Shown here: positions 37,539 through 50,413 of the stretch, piece by piece
How the letters are laid out: each line of letters begins with the position of its first letter
Position numbering within the stretch: the stretch's first letter is position 1
Origin: Paraphysomonas bandaiensis
Taxonomy: Eukaryota > Protista > Chrysophyceae
DNA: 64,000 nucleotides
Direction: 5' to 3'
Assembly: GCA_965644295.1 (NCBI GenBank)
Contig: CBFFRP010000358.1
Span: 1 to 64,000 of the forward strand
Notes under the pieces: model-generated
The model's input: only the letters and a program-made list of their open reading frames with translations
Told to the model about the DNA's origin: nothing
Database searches by the model: none
Made by a program: the position numbers and the translations under genes

Positions 37539-38602
37539 GTATACTGTATATATATCATACATATCATATATATAGGACTTGCAACCAGTTGAGTGTACTT
37601 AATTGTACGAATTTATCATCATTTGAAATAATATCTGGGTTGTGAAGTAACCTAAAGCAGCTCAACTTGAACTCACTCAGAACTTATTAGTGCCCTCTCC
37701 CCTTGTACCACACAAACATTATTTGGCTATTATGAGTGGGCAGAAAATTAGCTACTAACTATATATTATATATTATACCAGGTACCAGCGGGGTAGAAAT
37801 ATATTGCAATAAGGATATAAGATATAAGGGGTATACTTACGTATTATATCACAACATACATGACAATATTGAATATTGTATATTGTATATTATTACGATA
37901 TATAATACATGTTTGAGTTTTCGTCGCGACATGATTTTCTATATCTGTAACAGCAAAAACGTAAATTACTAATCTTTACTATTGTAACAAGCATCCCTAA
38001 TGTATTTTTGTAGTCATTCAGTCAATGAGCGAGGTATAATGATGATGTTGAGATCTGAAGATCCTACATACTTGCAATTGAGTGCAGTATTATGTGAGAT
38101 GCAAGGATCGAAAGATATATATGTAATTAGTACATTATATTGTGTAGTATGAAACTGAAGTAGAAGTGGGTGACTATACAGGATACGATCACTGAGTGTG
38201 TGGTTTGATTTGTCCCCCTGCTCAAACAAACTGCACAAAACTAAAGCAACGGGGCAGGAAATCCAACCAGAGGCTAAGTAACAGCAGAATAACTGGTATA
38301 ATCTTTTTATTTAGTGTAGAAGAGAGAACATGTTATAATCTCATCGAACGGTAGACATCCGTAGCAACACCAATGACCACAGTAGACTTATAGCATGCAC
38401 TTCAAATATAATCTATCGATAGCGTCTCACAGGAGACATCCTCATAACTTGTGACCCATTTCTCCGCGCATTGACAACCCTGACCATTCAGAGCATAACA
38501 ACTACTTTAGACTAAACCAACTTCGACTTTTCCTCTCACTATAAAGAAATAAATCCTACATTACAATGATCTTGCTTGGAAGTGAATTCATGAGCCCGAA
38601 CA

Positions 38603-41088
38603 TTACTTGGACGACGAATCCGACATAGGATTGACAAGATTCTTCTTGAGGGGTAGGTCTCTCTGAATATATCCCAAGATGGCCTCATAATCAGTCTTCA
38701 AGTACCGATCATCATCCATGCGTGGTGACATGCTCGCACAGTCAACAAACATTCTGCTCAGCTCCTTGGGAATCATAAAGTTCGGTTTGTTGCTGAACCG
38801 AGTGTGGAGGGCATGTGTAGTCATCAGCAACTCAATGGCTAACATTTTCTGTACATTTTCCACAACCTACCACGTAGTTTACGTTATAAACAGTTTCGTC
38901 GAAAGAGTAGAAATATATGGGAATTACAAATTTTATATATCGGCCATATACTCTACAATGAATATTGCTACAAACCTGAACAGCCTTTCTCGCCGAAAAG
39001 CCCCCCATACTGACATGATCCTCCTTCCCAGCTCCTGTGAGGATAAATACAAATATCAACCAAGCAAATGATTAGAAAAAGTGGTACGTAGGAGAAGCAG
39101 GAGCTAAAACTAAAAAAGCAGATGCCGACTCACGTCATACAAACAGCACCAATAAACATAACCGCTATGCTACCAACACAGCTATATACAGTTACTATAT
39201 ATTACCAGAATAAAGTAACATTCACTAATACATACCTGTATTGGCCGTCTCGGCGGAAGCTGGCATAGAGAGAGTCCTGTTCTCAGCATCCAATGCCGCC
39301 TGTGCAGAGTGCAATGTTGAGAGGCTTTGTGCAAGCGTATATAGTACACAATGTACAGGAAGTATCTATCCACACATGTCAGGTGCGCGCTACTTACAGC
39401 TGTCAGTTCCCAGCACATAAACCCCGAGTTGACCCCTGGATTGTTGACTACAAAGGCTGGTAGACCTATAAGTGCATACTAAGGATTGTTAGGTCATCTT
39501 TTAAAACAACGATACCTCTATTTCTATTGGGATCAATCATTAACATACTTCTTGCAACACTAGCTCGGCCCAGTTCTCCGACATACAGAGCCAAGGTATC
39601 CAGAGCCTTCGCTGGGTACTCTCCGTGGAAGTTGCCAGCTGATATGATGCAAGGTAGCTCCGTGTTAGTAATTGGGCACAGGGCAGGGTCAAATATAAGT
39701 GGGTTATCAGTACTGGAGTTCATTTCCGTTTCCAAAGTGTGACGAATAGAAACCAGAGACTCTAGGACTGTTCCATGGATTTGAGGAACACATCTTAACA
39801 TATGATTATCAGCAAAGCGTAACCTGAGAGTGCAAGACACTACCTCAGCGAATAGAAGTCTTGTACATCCTTATCGGTTGTCGTGTGAGAGTTGGGGGGT
39901 ACGAGGCCCCTCACAATTCTCGCCACAGTGGCGGATCCAACATGTGGGCGACATTCGTGGACTCTCGCATCAAAAGCATTCATGTGGCCATTCAGGGCCA
40001 CCAAAGTCAAGGCAGCGATTGGTTGGGCAACCTATACATTCAACACGGCAGTTCCACAGAGGAATAATACATTGAGATAGTTAGATAAACAAATATGAAA
40101 TGACAGTTATAGTACCTGCGCACATATGATTCCTGCCTCCAATGCTTGAGAGCCGACACCTGTGATGAATTGGGTGCCATTTACCAAAGAAAGTCCATCC
40201 TTGGCAACAAATTTGGCGGGTTCGAGGTTGTACTCTCGTAAAACGGAGGGTGCCGGCTCAAATGCATTAGTACGAGGATTATGAATTAGTCCCTCGCCAC
40301 TCAATCCAAGGGCGATGTGAGCAAGGGGAGCCAAATCACCTACATATAATGCTGTCACGACATACAGAACTAAGGATTTCCAACATTTACGTCTGGATGA
40401 CATATTACTACCAATATCTATATTCCTTTTTTACTTCATTATGCAGACATCATTCCAATACGTTCACAAATATACTACACCAATCACATCGCTCATTTAT
40501 ACCTGACGCCCCAACTGTGCCTTGACTCGGGACTTCAGGCGTGCATCCTGTGTTAAACAAATCCACGAGTTTTTTAAATGTATCCAAGCTTACGCCACTC
40601 TTTCCTCTAGCTAGAGTATTTATACGCAAAGCCATTATTCTGCGGACAACAGATGGATGCAAAGGCTCCCCAACCCCTGATGCATGGGAACGAATTAAGT
40701 TGTGCTGTAAATCGCACAACTGAGAGTAGGAAACATTGGTGTGTGACATCAGTCCAAACCCTGTATTGATACCATATGTCGGAACCTTTGATTCAACAAT
40801 TCGGTCTACTATATCTCTTGACTGCTGAAGTCTCTGAATGGTTTCAGGAGATATGGAGAGCGGAGTACCATCTCCTAACGCAATGAGTTTCTCTATAGTC
40901 ATGGAGTTCCCGTCTACATCAATAGAGGACGAAGATTTCATTTCGTTGGGAAAAAAATTCAAAACATTTGACTGAATCATGCTCGAAATCATATCAGAAT
41001 AAGAAGACTGAGTGGCTTTAGAGACACAAAAGCTGCGCCAGGCCTTTCCCATTACTCCCCCCACCCTCTTGCTGCATCGAAACGACAT
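38603..41088 (-). CDS. HAL: Histidine ammonia-lyase, 8 exons, N-terminal mitochondrial-presequence-like extension
   Basis: YGINTGFG; His-specific LQHNLIRSH; MIO triad GTVGASG|DLAPL; NGTQ; QDFYSLRCVPQ; TDNP; GNFHG; EDHVSMG. Exons 41088-40503, 40339-40116, 40031-39844, 39793-39516, 39465-39398, 39299-39236, 39034-38976, 38866-38603. Confidence 0.95.
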
Positions 41089-41713
41089 GCTATCAAAAAT
41101 CCTCAAAAGTGTATCAAAAGTGTATCAAAATTATTTAGACGCAAAAACGACAGCTAGGAATTCTTACAAAGCTTCCTGAATAGCAGTGTAACAGTAATGA
41201 TTAATCGGTGTAGGAATAGTGACTTCAGGTGGCTGATTTTGTTGGATGTGGACACTTTAACACCTAAAAGATCCCAACAAATATCAGCCTCATATGTAAA
41301 ATACAGTGTGATACGAACTTGGAATACACAGTATGCACCATAAATCTAGAATAAATATGTTCCCACTCCTTGTCTTTGTCTATGCAGCTATGCAGGGTTA
41401 AATACATGACGTATACCACACCTTATACAGTGTAGTTGGATAGATACACACATCTCAGCTACCATATACACATATACACGTATACATGACTGAAGGAGAA
41501 CGTCATATCCAGACCAAGAATATACAGCACAGTACTGTACAGTATACTGCTCACATCTTCTACGATCGGAGTGGGTGTTCACTTTAATCTGCTCTCCAGA
41601 ATTAAGTTCCAAATCGTGATTAGCATAATTACCACACGGGATAACTGCTCTCTCCTACCCACCCTAAGAACTCTGTTTAGTGGCCACCCATTCAATTATT
41701 CATAGGTTGCAAC
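41089..41713. promoter_or_regulatory. Putative bidirectional promoter shared by HAL and HutI-HutU
   Basis: 625 bp between divergent ATGs of consecutive pathway genes; contains tandem CAAAAGTGTAT near HAL. Confidence 0.55.
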
Positions 41714-44700
41714 ATGCTGCGAAATATTCGTGTGAGCTCTGTGAAAAAGCTGCGCTGCATGCCCCTCTCCTCTATGAGGGTCGTTAATATAGGGGCTGGT
41801 GGGTACTCTTCACCTCATATTACCTCGCATCTTGTTGTTAATTTATGTAACAGTGGTAACGCCCTCAAGAGATGGCTCTACTATTGAAACTCATAAAAAC
41901 AAGGATCTTCTTATCGTTGACGGTAAGATGGCCGGCATCACTCCCTCACAGTCTACTTATTCGGAGCCTGTCTTCGACGCCAGTGGATGTCTTGCAACAC
42001 CTGGCTTTGTAGACGCCCATACTCATTTGTTTCCACCGAACGACAGAGCAGAAGAATTTGTCATTAGGTATTCCGATTACATTACACTTGTGTTGACATC
42101 ATGTGCATTGTTTTGCACGTAACATTGTGTTAAATAAATGCATCAGCATAATATTTCTTTTATTGTGAAATATAGGTCCGTGAAGTCTTATTTAGAGATA
42201 GCCAAAGAGGGTGGTGGCATTCTGTCTACTGTGAGAAGCTTCAGAAACGCGACTGTTGAACAAATTGTTGAAGCCAACAGACCCTTGATGGAACAGTTTT
42301 TTGCCCAAGGTACGCCACGCGTATGTTCACAAATTAGTTATAATAGAGGAACATGATAGTTATATCGTTAGTGTTATTGTGTAACTTACAACATCCCTGC
42401 TCAGTTGTTGTATATAAATTAATATCATGCAGTGAGTAGTAATAGTCAGAATAATATGATATCTCATTGTAAATATGGCATATATGTTCTTAAGCTAACC
42501 ATGACTGTTTATGTAGGGACAACAACAGTTGAGGTTAAGTCTGGGTATGGTCTTACCACAGCTGATGAGGTGAAGTCTCTTAAAGCTATTCAAATCCTTC
42601 AGAAAGAGTTTTCTGATAAACTCACAATAGTTCCAACCTTTATGGGTGCTCATGCTGTGCCGCCTGAATACAAGGGGAGAACAGACGAATACGTTGATTT
42701 AGTATGCAATGAAATGATTCCCGAAGTGGCGAAATTAAAACTCGCAACCTATTGTGATGTATTCTGCGAAGAAGGATATTTCAATGCCACACAAACCACC
42801 AAAGTAATATATCCTCGCTGTGTACGCTGTTGGGGTGTTTCGTCTGCATTGTGTGGAAATTTTAGCATGAATATGATTCTGCGTCATGTGGTATTCAAGA
42901 TTGCCGCAAAGAATATGCAGCATTCGTCGTTTCTTTCTCTAAATGAATTATATAACAGATTCTGGAAGCAGCTAAGGCTCATGGGATGTTGACCAGACTG
43001 CACGCTGATGAGTTCAAAGACAGTAAAGGAGCTGCTACGGCTGCGCGCATGGGATCTCACTCCGCTGATCATCTAATGGCAGTAACGGATGAAGGTACCT
43101 TATTGTGCAGTGGTTTATGTTCTCATGCAGGGCATTGGGTATGTGTGTGCTCGAGTATAGTGTACTTTGAGAAGTGATGTTGACACAAATAACAAGTTAT
43201 GTGTTGTAGGCATCGCTGCAATGAGAGATGCTGGAGTGATTCCAATCGTCTTACCTGGTGCAACTGTTTTCTTGGGAAAGGTGTTCTCCTTATTCGCTAG
43301 TTTATGGTGCTGATATTGCTTGCCATTCCTGCAGGGACATGGGTATGCTCCTATGCGGCGTATACTGGATGCTGGTGGAAGGCTAGCTATGGCTACTGAC
43401 CATAACCCTGGTTCTTCCGTACATCAGAGTATGGCGCAAATGATGCAGCTGTGTATTGCAAACGGTGGTATAACACTCTCTGAGGTATATATGTAGATAT
43501 ATATATCCTGATGTAGCTATTGGGTTGACGTCGAGCGATGTGTCTTGATAGGCTTTGATGGGAGCTACATACAATCCAGCCCTATCCCTAAACCTTAAAG
43601 ACAAAGTTGGAAGCCTGCAGGTAACTAAACATACGGTTTTAGTTGACTTTCAGTGTGTGCATGGCCTGTACAAAATGATTGTGACATTGGAGTCCTCATT
43701 GGTGATGTTGTTCACATTACGCAGGAGGGCGCGCAGGCTGACATCATTCTCTGGAACTTTGAAAGCGCATCTCAGATTCCGTATTATGGCGGCGAGAGCA
43801 GACACCGAATAGATACCGTATTTAAACATGGAAAAGCTTTCCGCAACCCTCTTCAGAACCTTTCTTGTTTACATTCGACCTCGTTTCACTCATTAAAGCC
43901 GTTACGCTCTAATGCGAGACAGTATTCTACCACCGCCAGTCGCAACCAAGAAATAGTTCTAGGAACTGTGCGAGATGTTGTATCGACAATGACTCACGAT
44001 GTCAAACTGAATGCGTCCGGGCAAATCACGGAGTGTCCGACTGAGCCAGTGAAGCTCGATCCTAGCGTTCCTCACGCACCGAAGCGATTGACACGATTAA
44101 ATGCAGAGGAGAGAGAGCTGGCCATTACGAATGCATTAAAATATTTTTCTAAGGACCTTCACTCTAAAGTGAAGCCTATATGTGAATATGAGTTGGACAC
44201 TTATGGCCATGTATATTTCTATAACCTACTGCCCTCCAAACATATATGGGCGATTCCTTTTGAAGACATTCCAGCCCAGTCACTAGAGGCCAAAGCCATG
44301 ATACATATGATTCTGAATAATTTGAACCCTGATGTCGCCCAATTTCCTCAGGTTTGCCCTGTATGCTGTATTTCCCATGATATTCTATGCTTTATTGTGT
44401 ATGACGGAATAGCGGAGCTATTGTCGTCGATATATTTTCTGCATTGTGTGATAAAGTTTGTAAACAGAGTAGATGGTCATATGTATTGCTTATTATACTT
44501 TTATCCATTTTGAGTGTTATTGCATATGTACTGAATTTTGTATTTCAGGAGCTTATTACATACGGTGGTAATGGCGCGGTTTTTTCGAACTGGGCCCAAT
44601 TTCATATCACCATACGCATGCTGAGCAAAATGAAGGCCACCCAGACCCTTTGTATGAATAGTGGCCATCCTGCAGGCCTCTTTCCTAAGTTCCCAGAAGA

Positions 44701-46860
44701 CCAAACTCCTTGGGCTGTGATCAGCAACGGCAACATGATTCCCCATTACTCCACTCCAGAGCAACTAGATAGACTGTATGCACTGGGTAAGTCGTGGGTA
44801 CTTTCAGCGTCTGATTCTCTAAGATGCGGTATCTATCTGTGACACGTATTGAAAACAGTATGTGCACATATTATTCAGTGTCAAACTTATTTTGGAACGT
44901 ATATTTATATAAGCTTTGTGTTGTCGTTTCTTTGAGTAACAGTAATATTTTTTTACTAGGGGTATCGATGTATGGACAGATGACAGCAGGTAATCGATAC
45001 TTCTCTATGATGTTCATGTTACCTGTATAGTGTGGTACCTTTATTATGTACATTTGGACGATGTTGTATTGTACTTATTCAAAGATAATCTCATTGCTGC
45101 GCTATTGTTTCAGGGTCATGGATGTATATTGGACCCCAAGGGATCGTTCATGGCACCACTCTCACTGTTGCTCAAGCTGTGGCAATGCAATCGAAGTCAA
45201 AGTCTGGGGGATGCAAAGGAAAAGTTTTCGTTACTTCTGGATTGGGGGGCATGTCAGGTGATGGCGCACTATATTCGGACCGTTATTTTAGTATCGTGAT
45301 ATCTATATACGTCCTGCATATGTTATATTCTAGAATATACAGAACAATGCTTAGATCGACTTTGTCACCGATGTATATTAGGGGCTCAGCCGAAAGCCGC
45401 CACTATAAACGGTGCTGTTTGTCTGATAGCTGAAGTCGATGAGTCCGCTTTGCGTAAGCGCCACGAGCAAGGGTGGCTGAACGAGTACTACACAGACCTT
45501 AATGATGTCCTTTCACGTGCCAAGGAGGCCCAGAATAATGGCGAATCTGTCAGTATTGGTTACCTAGGCAATGTCGTTGAGTTGTGGGAAAAGCTGGCGG
45601 AGATACCTAAACAAGATCGCTGTGAAGTGGCTATCGGGAGTGATCAGACGAGTCTTCACAACCCATATAATGGTGGATACTATCCAGTGGGACTCAGCTT
45701 CGAACAAAGTAACGAGATGATGACCTCAAAACCCGAGGAGTTCAAAAAGGCTGTTCAAGCTAGTCTGCACCGCCATTTGGCTGCTATCAACAAGCTCAGA
45801 CAGAGTGATGATTTGCTCTTTTTTGACTATGGTAATGCGTTTTTACTCGAGTGTCACAGAGCTGGCTGCCAAGTAGATCCGGAAATTCCTTCTTATGTTG
45901 AATGTATTATGGGTCCTGAGTTCTTTGATTACGGTTTTGGGCCGTATAGATGGGTATGCACTAGCGGGGATATGGATGATTTGAAAGCAACTGATGCGAT
46001 TGCGGCGAATGTGTTACAATCTCAGCTAGATGATCCCATTAATAGCAAAGTCCAACCACAGCTGAAGGCAAATTTAGATTGGATTCAGGCAGCAATGCAG
46101 AACAAACTAGTAGTTGGCAGCAAGGCGCGTATTTTATACTCCGATCTGGAAGGGAGAATTGAGTGCGCGGTGAGGATGAATGACGCTGTCGGAAAGGGCG
46201 TTCTAAAGGCTCCAGTTGTTATTGGAAGGTATTTCGCTGCAGCCCGTGATGCTTATCCAACGTTGGCAGTTTTTCAGTAGCATTGTAGAACAATTGTTGT
46301 TGTTTTCGCGCATTTTGTGTGATGCAGTTATGTATTTCTAAATTGTATATGTATAGCGTATCGTATCTGAGCCTCATATTGATTTAGGGATCATCATGAT
46401 GTCAGCGGTACCGATAGCCCTTGGCGGGAAACTGCCAATATTAAAGATGGAAGTAATCTTACTGCAGACATGTCTATCCAAAACGTTATTGGAGACGCGA
46501 TGAGGTAACTGAAATTTATAGTTTTATACGTATGCAATACGTATATCGAAGCTGTTGTGTAACTATGATATGCCGCTGCCTTGCTTACAATTGCGCTGAT
46601 GTCGATCTTGTAGAGGTGCCACATGGGTGTCTCTTCACAATGGCGGGGGTACAGGATGGGGTGTTGCGTCTAATGGAGGTTTCGGACTTGTGCTAGATGG
46701 ATCTGCTCGCGCTGAGCGCAACTGCAGGAATATGATATTCTTCGATGTGGCCAATGGGCTTACTCGGCGGGCTCGTGCTGGTAACCCTAATGCGCTACAC
46801 ACTATCAAGAAGCTTGCTGACAAGTACCCTGACTTTGAGCCATTTGTTCCTGTGATTTAG
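41714..46860 (+). CDS. Imidazolonepropionase-urocanate hydratase fusion (HutI/AMDHD1 + HutU/UROC1)
   Basis: HutI motifs: PGFVDAHTH, GGGILSTV, EVKSGYGL, DVFCEEGYF, HADE, SADHL, TDHNPGSS. Exon 43725-44351 runs without a stop from ADIILW..VFKHGK into urocanase DPSVPHAPKR. Later exons carry ELITYGG, YGQMTAGSWMYIGPQG, GLGGMSGAQP, DQTSLHN, FDYGN, GRDHHDVSG and HNGGG. All introns are GT-AG and phase-compatible. Confidence 0.92.
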
Positions 46861-48080
46861 TGGGATGCGCGTGTATGATGCATGAAGTGTCATCGCGTGT
46901 AGCATTCGCTCTGGGTAATGACCGGTAGTGTGGTAGTTTGGTGAGCAAAACACTGGTTGCCTGAATGAATTGAAATTTTAAATAATATCTTTTCTGCTAT
47001 TCCCATTAATTTTCTATTCATATAGTTTTTTTGCATTGTGGTGGATATGGAAATAAAGCCATGTAGTAGAGCCACTTTGAAGAAGACAGAATCTTAACCT
47101 AACCAACTCTCCCAAAGCAAATACATGTGTATTTTAAAACCTACTAATAGAGACATGATATATGTCCATCTTTTATACATGTTTAGCTATTTTATAATAC
47201 ACACACGAGAGGCCGACGAAGGAATAAGAACATTAAATTTTCATTTTTTCTTCTTCCGTTGTGCCCTCTATAAACAGGGATTAAATCAACTATATACTAA
47301 ATAATTATGAAAATTGAATTTTCTTTTCTTCTTCTTTTTGCTATCACCGTGGGATCGTGTGTATGTAATAAAGTACTTAAAGTGAATTCGCTTTAATTTA
47401 GTGAATTAAGATAGAAGGGCCCATAATTCCTTTGAGTACGACAACAAAATCTCTTTGAATGTGAAACCCACTCACACATTGACAGTCATGTCAGTATACA
47501 CACTGAGTTCAAGGGCTACGCGTAACGTATCGGTTTGTGTATACTTTAATCAGAAATGGTTGAGTTCACATGGACTGGGAGTATCATGAGGATGAGTGCT
47601 GTGTGTATCAATCAACAGCATTAAATTACCATCACTAGATGGAGATGCTGCAACAGTGACATCCAGAGCATTGCTGCTGTGATTGCAGTTGTGTGTTAAG
47701 GATGGGGAGTCCACCTCAGGTCCACCTTATATGCATCTATAGATAGATACAGCACCCATGTGCCTGTATTCGATGTATATCTGTTGCTACATACTACTGC
47801 AGCAGTATATGAAGAATACACCCCCATATACACGTGAAGGTTGTGGTGCTGATGCTATAACTTATACGTGGTATACAGCAGTAGCACAGTATTATGGGTG
47901 TCCGTACACGGTATACGTAATTATATGCCCTACACACTCACTATACACTATACACTGCTGTACACTGTACAGTACGGCGGTGCAGGGCTGCAGTGTTGGT
48001 ACGTGCAAGTGAAGTTGTTACTGCTACATGTCACACACCATAATAACAATACACTAAGAGCTGTACAGTAAATATCTGCC

Positions 48081-48395
48081 ATGAGAATCACCGTTATGAA
48101 GAATTTGTTCTCCGCCTCTACTCGCCGCTGGTGCAGCACGGGCGTGTCGTCTCTCCCTCGCGCTGAGGTGGAGGGTCGTGTAGCTAATGTGGTCCGCAAC
48201 CTCATCGCCGTACAGGATGTGTCTCCTGATGCCCCTTTTGTGGCTGGTATGGGTTTGGATAGAGTTCAGGTGAAGGGGCTCATTCAACAGCTCGCCGCTG
48301 AGTTCTGTGTGGATGTGCCTCACACTGAGGCCAACAGAATGATTAATGTCTCTGCTGCAACGGATTTCTTTGCCAACCACCCTAAAGCACGATAA
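48081..48395 (+). CDS. Mitochondrial acyl-carrier-protein-like protein lacking the Ppant serine
   Basis: Presequence-like N-terminus (RRWCST); ACP-fold features (EFCVDVP..EA..HPKAR); GLDRVQ in place of GLDSLD. Confidence 0.75.
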   Translation: MRITVMKNLFSASTRRWCSTGVSSLPRAEVEGRVANVVRNLIAVQDVSPDAPFVAGMGLDRVQVKGLIQQLAAEFCVDVPHTEANRMINVSAATDFFANHPKAR

Positions 48396-49107
48396 TTTAT
48401 GCTGCCATTGTTGTGTATGATAGATATGGTGCTGGCATCGTTATTTACATGTAGTTCGTAGTAGATAAGGCGATATGCCAGCGCGAATAATTAAAACAGT
48501 ATGCATTACTATTTCTTTTTATAAACCTTGCAATTTAGATTTGGAGTCTTACAGAAGCATATTATATTCTACTTTCCCTTATATCATTCTCTATTGTACT
48601 GTTAACGTTTTCTTTTTCCTTTGGGCGATCTCGTTCTTTTAAGAAGGGTAATCTGAAGTGCACTAAAAACTTACGAAATGGCCATATATGTATTAGGAGT
48701 GGTGCTGTATGTCGACATGACTGAATTACCTAGTCACACTTATATTGGAGTAAAAATCTAGTTAAAGTAACACATGATTCAACCTAGCTAATTATAGTTA
48801 TAAATCTAGACATAGAATTTAGTCGCATATAGCTACGCATTTCAGTACAAAAGGTAAAGTAAGTAGAATGCAGCATAGATCAGGTAAAAAACGTTAAAAA
48901 GCAGAAAATGCGACAGATATAGCAATATTAGCGGTACTCCACTGCACAAGTGGACATGTGAACATGTGGACATGTGGACCCGTTGTTGCTCTTTGTCAGT
49001 CCTTAGTCTCCCTCTAAAAGCATCATGAAATTGCTGTCTGGGAGGTTACCAGACTTTACAAAATAAAGTCCGTGGTTATGAACATTACAAATATAAACGT
49101 CTTCTGA

Positions 49108-49248
49108 CGACCAAAGCATATTCAGATAAAGTATCACTGGGTATGTGAGCATGTGAACGGAAAGTTTCCAACAGCAAAGCAGATAGGTATATCAACAAAA
49201 GACATGATGGTTGCTGATATATTTACGAAGCGCTATTTTCTAAGTTGA
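49108..49248 (+). pseudogene. Ty1/copia RNase H C-terminal remnant
   Basis: RPKHIQIKYHWVCEHV...STKDMMVADIFTK. Confidence 0.75.
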
Positions 49249-50413
49249 AGAGAATAGGTATATTGTGTTTTCCGTACACAGTATCTTTGTGAAGTTATGA
49301 CTAGATGTAGAAGAAAAGTAGTACTGATGTATTTCTGCATTGATTGGGAGTATTTAAATAAATATGCTTCTCTAACATAAAACTCTATTATTTGTTAAAT
49401 ACAATGGGTAATTAGACATAACTAAATAATATCTATAAAACTGAAGTATCATGTTGATTCCATTTTGGTCTATTAGTAGGCTAAAATTCTGCTGGAGATG
49501 TACTTTATGCAAAAACACAAAATCTACAATTAACACTAATCTATCTAGTCTACAGACTTATCATTGGAATACAACTATGAAATGTTTTATATTGATGTAT
49601 ACAATATGTCTGCACTCTTTACAGCATATGGTGGGTAGAGTATGTTGTCAGTAGAGAATGTCGTGAATGTCTTGTTAGTAGCAATAGAGGCGTTTAAGAG
49701 TCAGTGTTTAACTCCGGTATTTATTTGGCTATGAGTGGGCAGATCAATATCTGCTGACTATGTATGTGGCTCACGTTAGTCTCCAGGAGAAATATCTCCG
49801 GTACTTATTCCCCAGAACACTACGAAGAGATAGAGTCCAGCTTTGTTGAGTTTAATGTTGCCATGTTTAAGTGAGGATTTTTTATTTTTGACTTGAGGTA
49901 AATACCATTAAACATAGCCAGCTTAGTAATTGTTAAACTCAAAAAACGTAAGTATCTAATGACTTGGGTTATCATCCACTTGACCAGCCGTTTTAAACCT
50001 ATTTTGGTGATTCAAATGGTCCGCAATATAGCTCCCAATGCCATAAAGCTTAAAATACATTTATTGTACTATATCTACGCGCAGTCTATAAGTACAAAAT
50101 ATACCAGAGCAAACTTTTCTAGTGCTAACCTTAAAATAATATGTACACTTTTGCGTAAAATGTAACACAGTTTATTCCGTTACAAATAAAATTAACGACG
50201 ACTATATAGAATATAAACAATAACTCAGAGAAATGATAATGAGTCAGATTGACTTTCCTGAATATTCCATCCGATTAACATAGACTGACATCACAACTAT
50301 ATCGTTCACCATATCTGACTCAGCTTTAAGCTAAGCATTTTTAAATCTCTCGAAACATACTCCATACGCTACACTATGTACATAAAAGCTATGCCCACTT
50401 AAAGTCACGATCA

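Noticed and set aside
38603-41088. PAL/TAL or aminomutase instead of HAL
   Set aside because: The SH specificity motif, EDHVSM and linkage to HutI/HutU all indicate histidine specificity.
38603-46860. Bacterial contaminant hut operon
   Set aside because: About 20 phase-consistent spliceosomal introns, and flanking repeats shared with the rest of the window.
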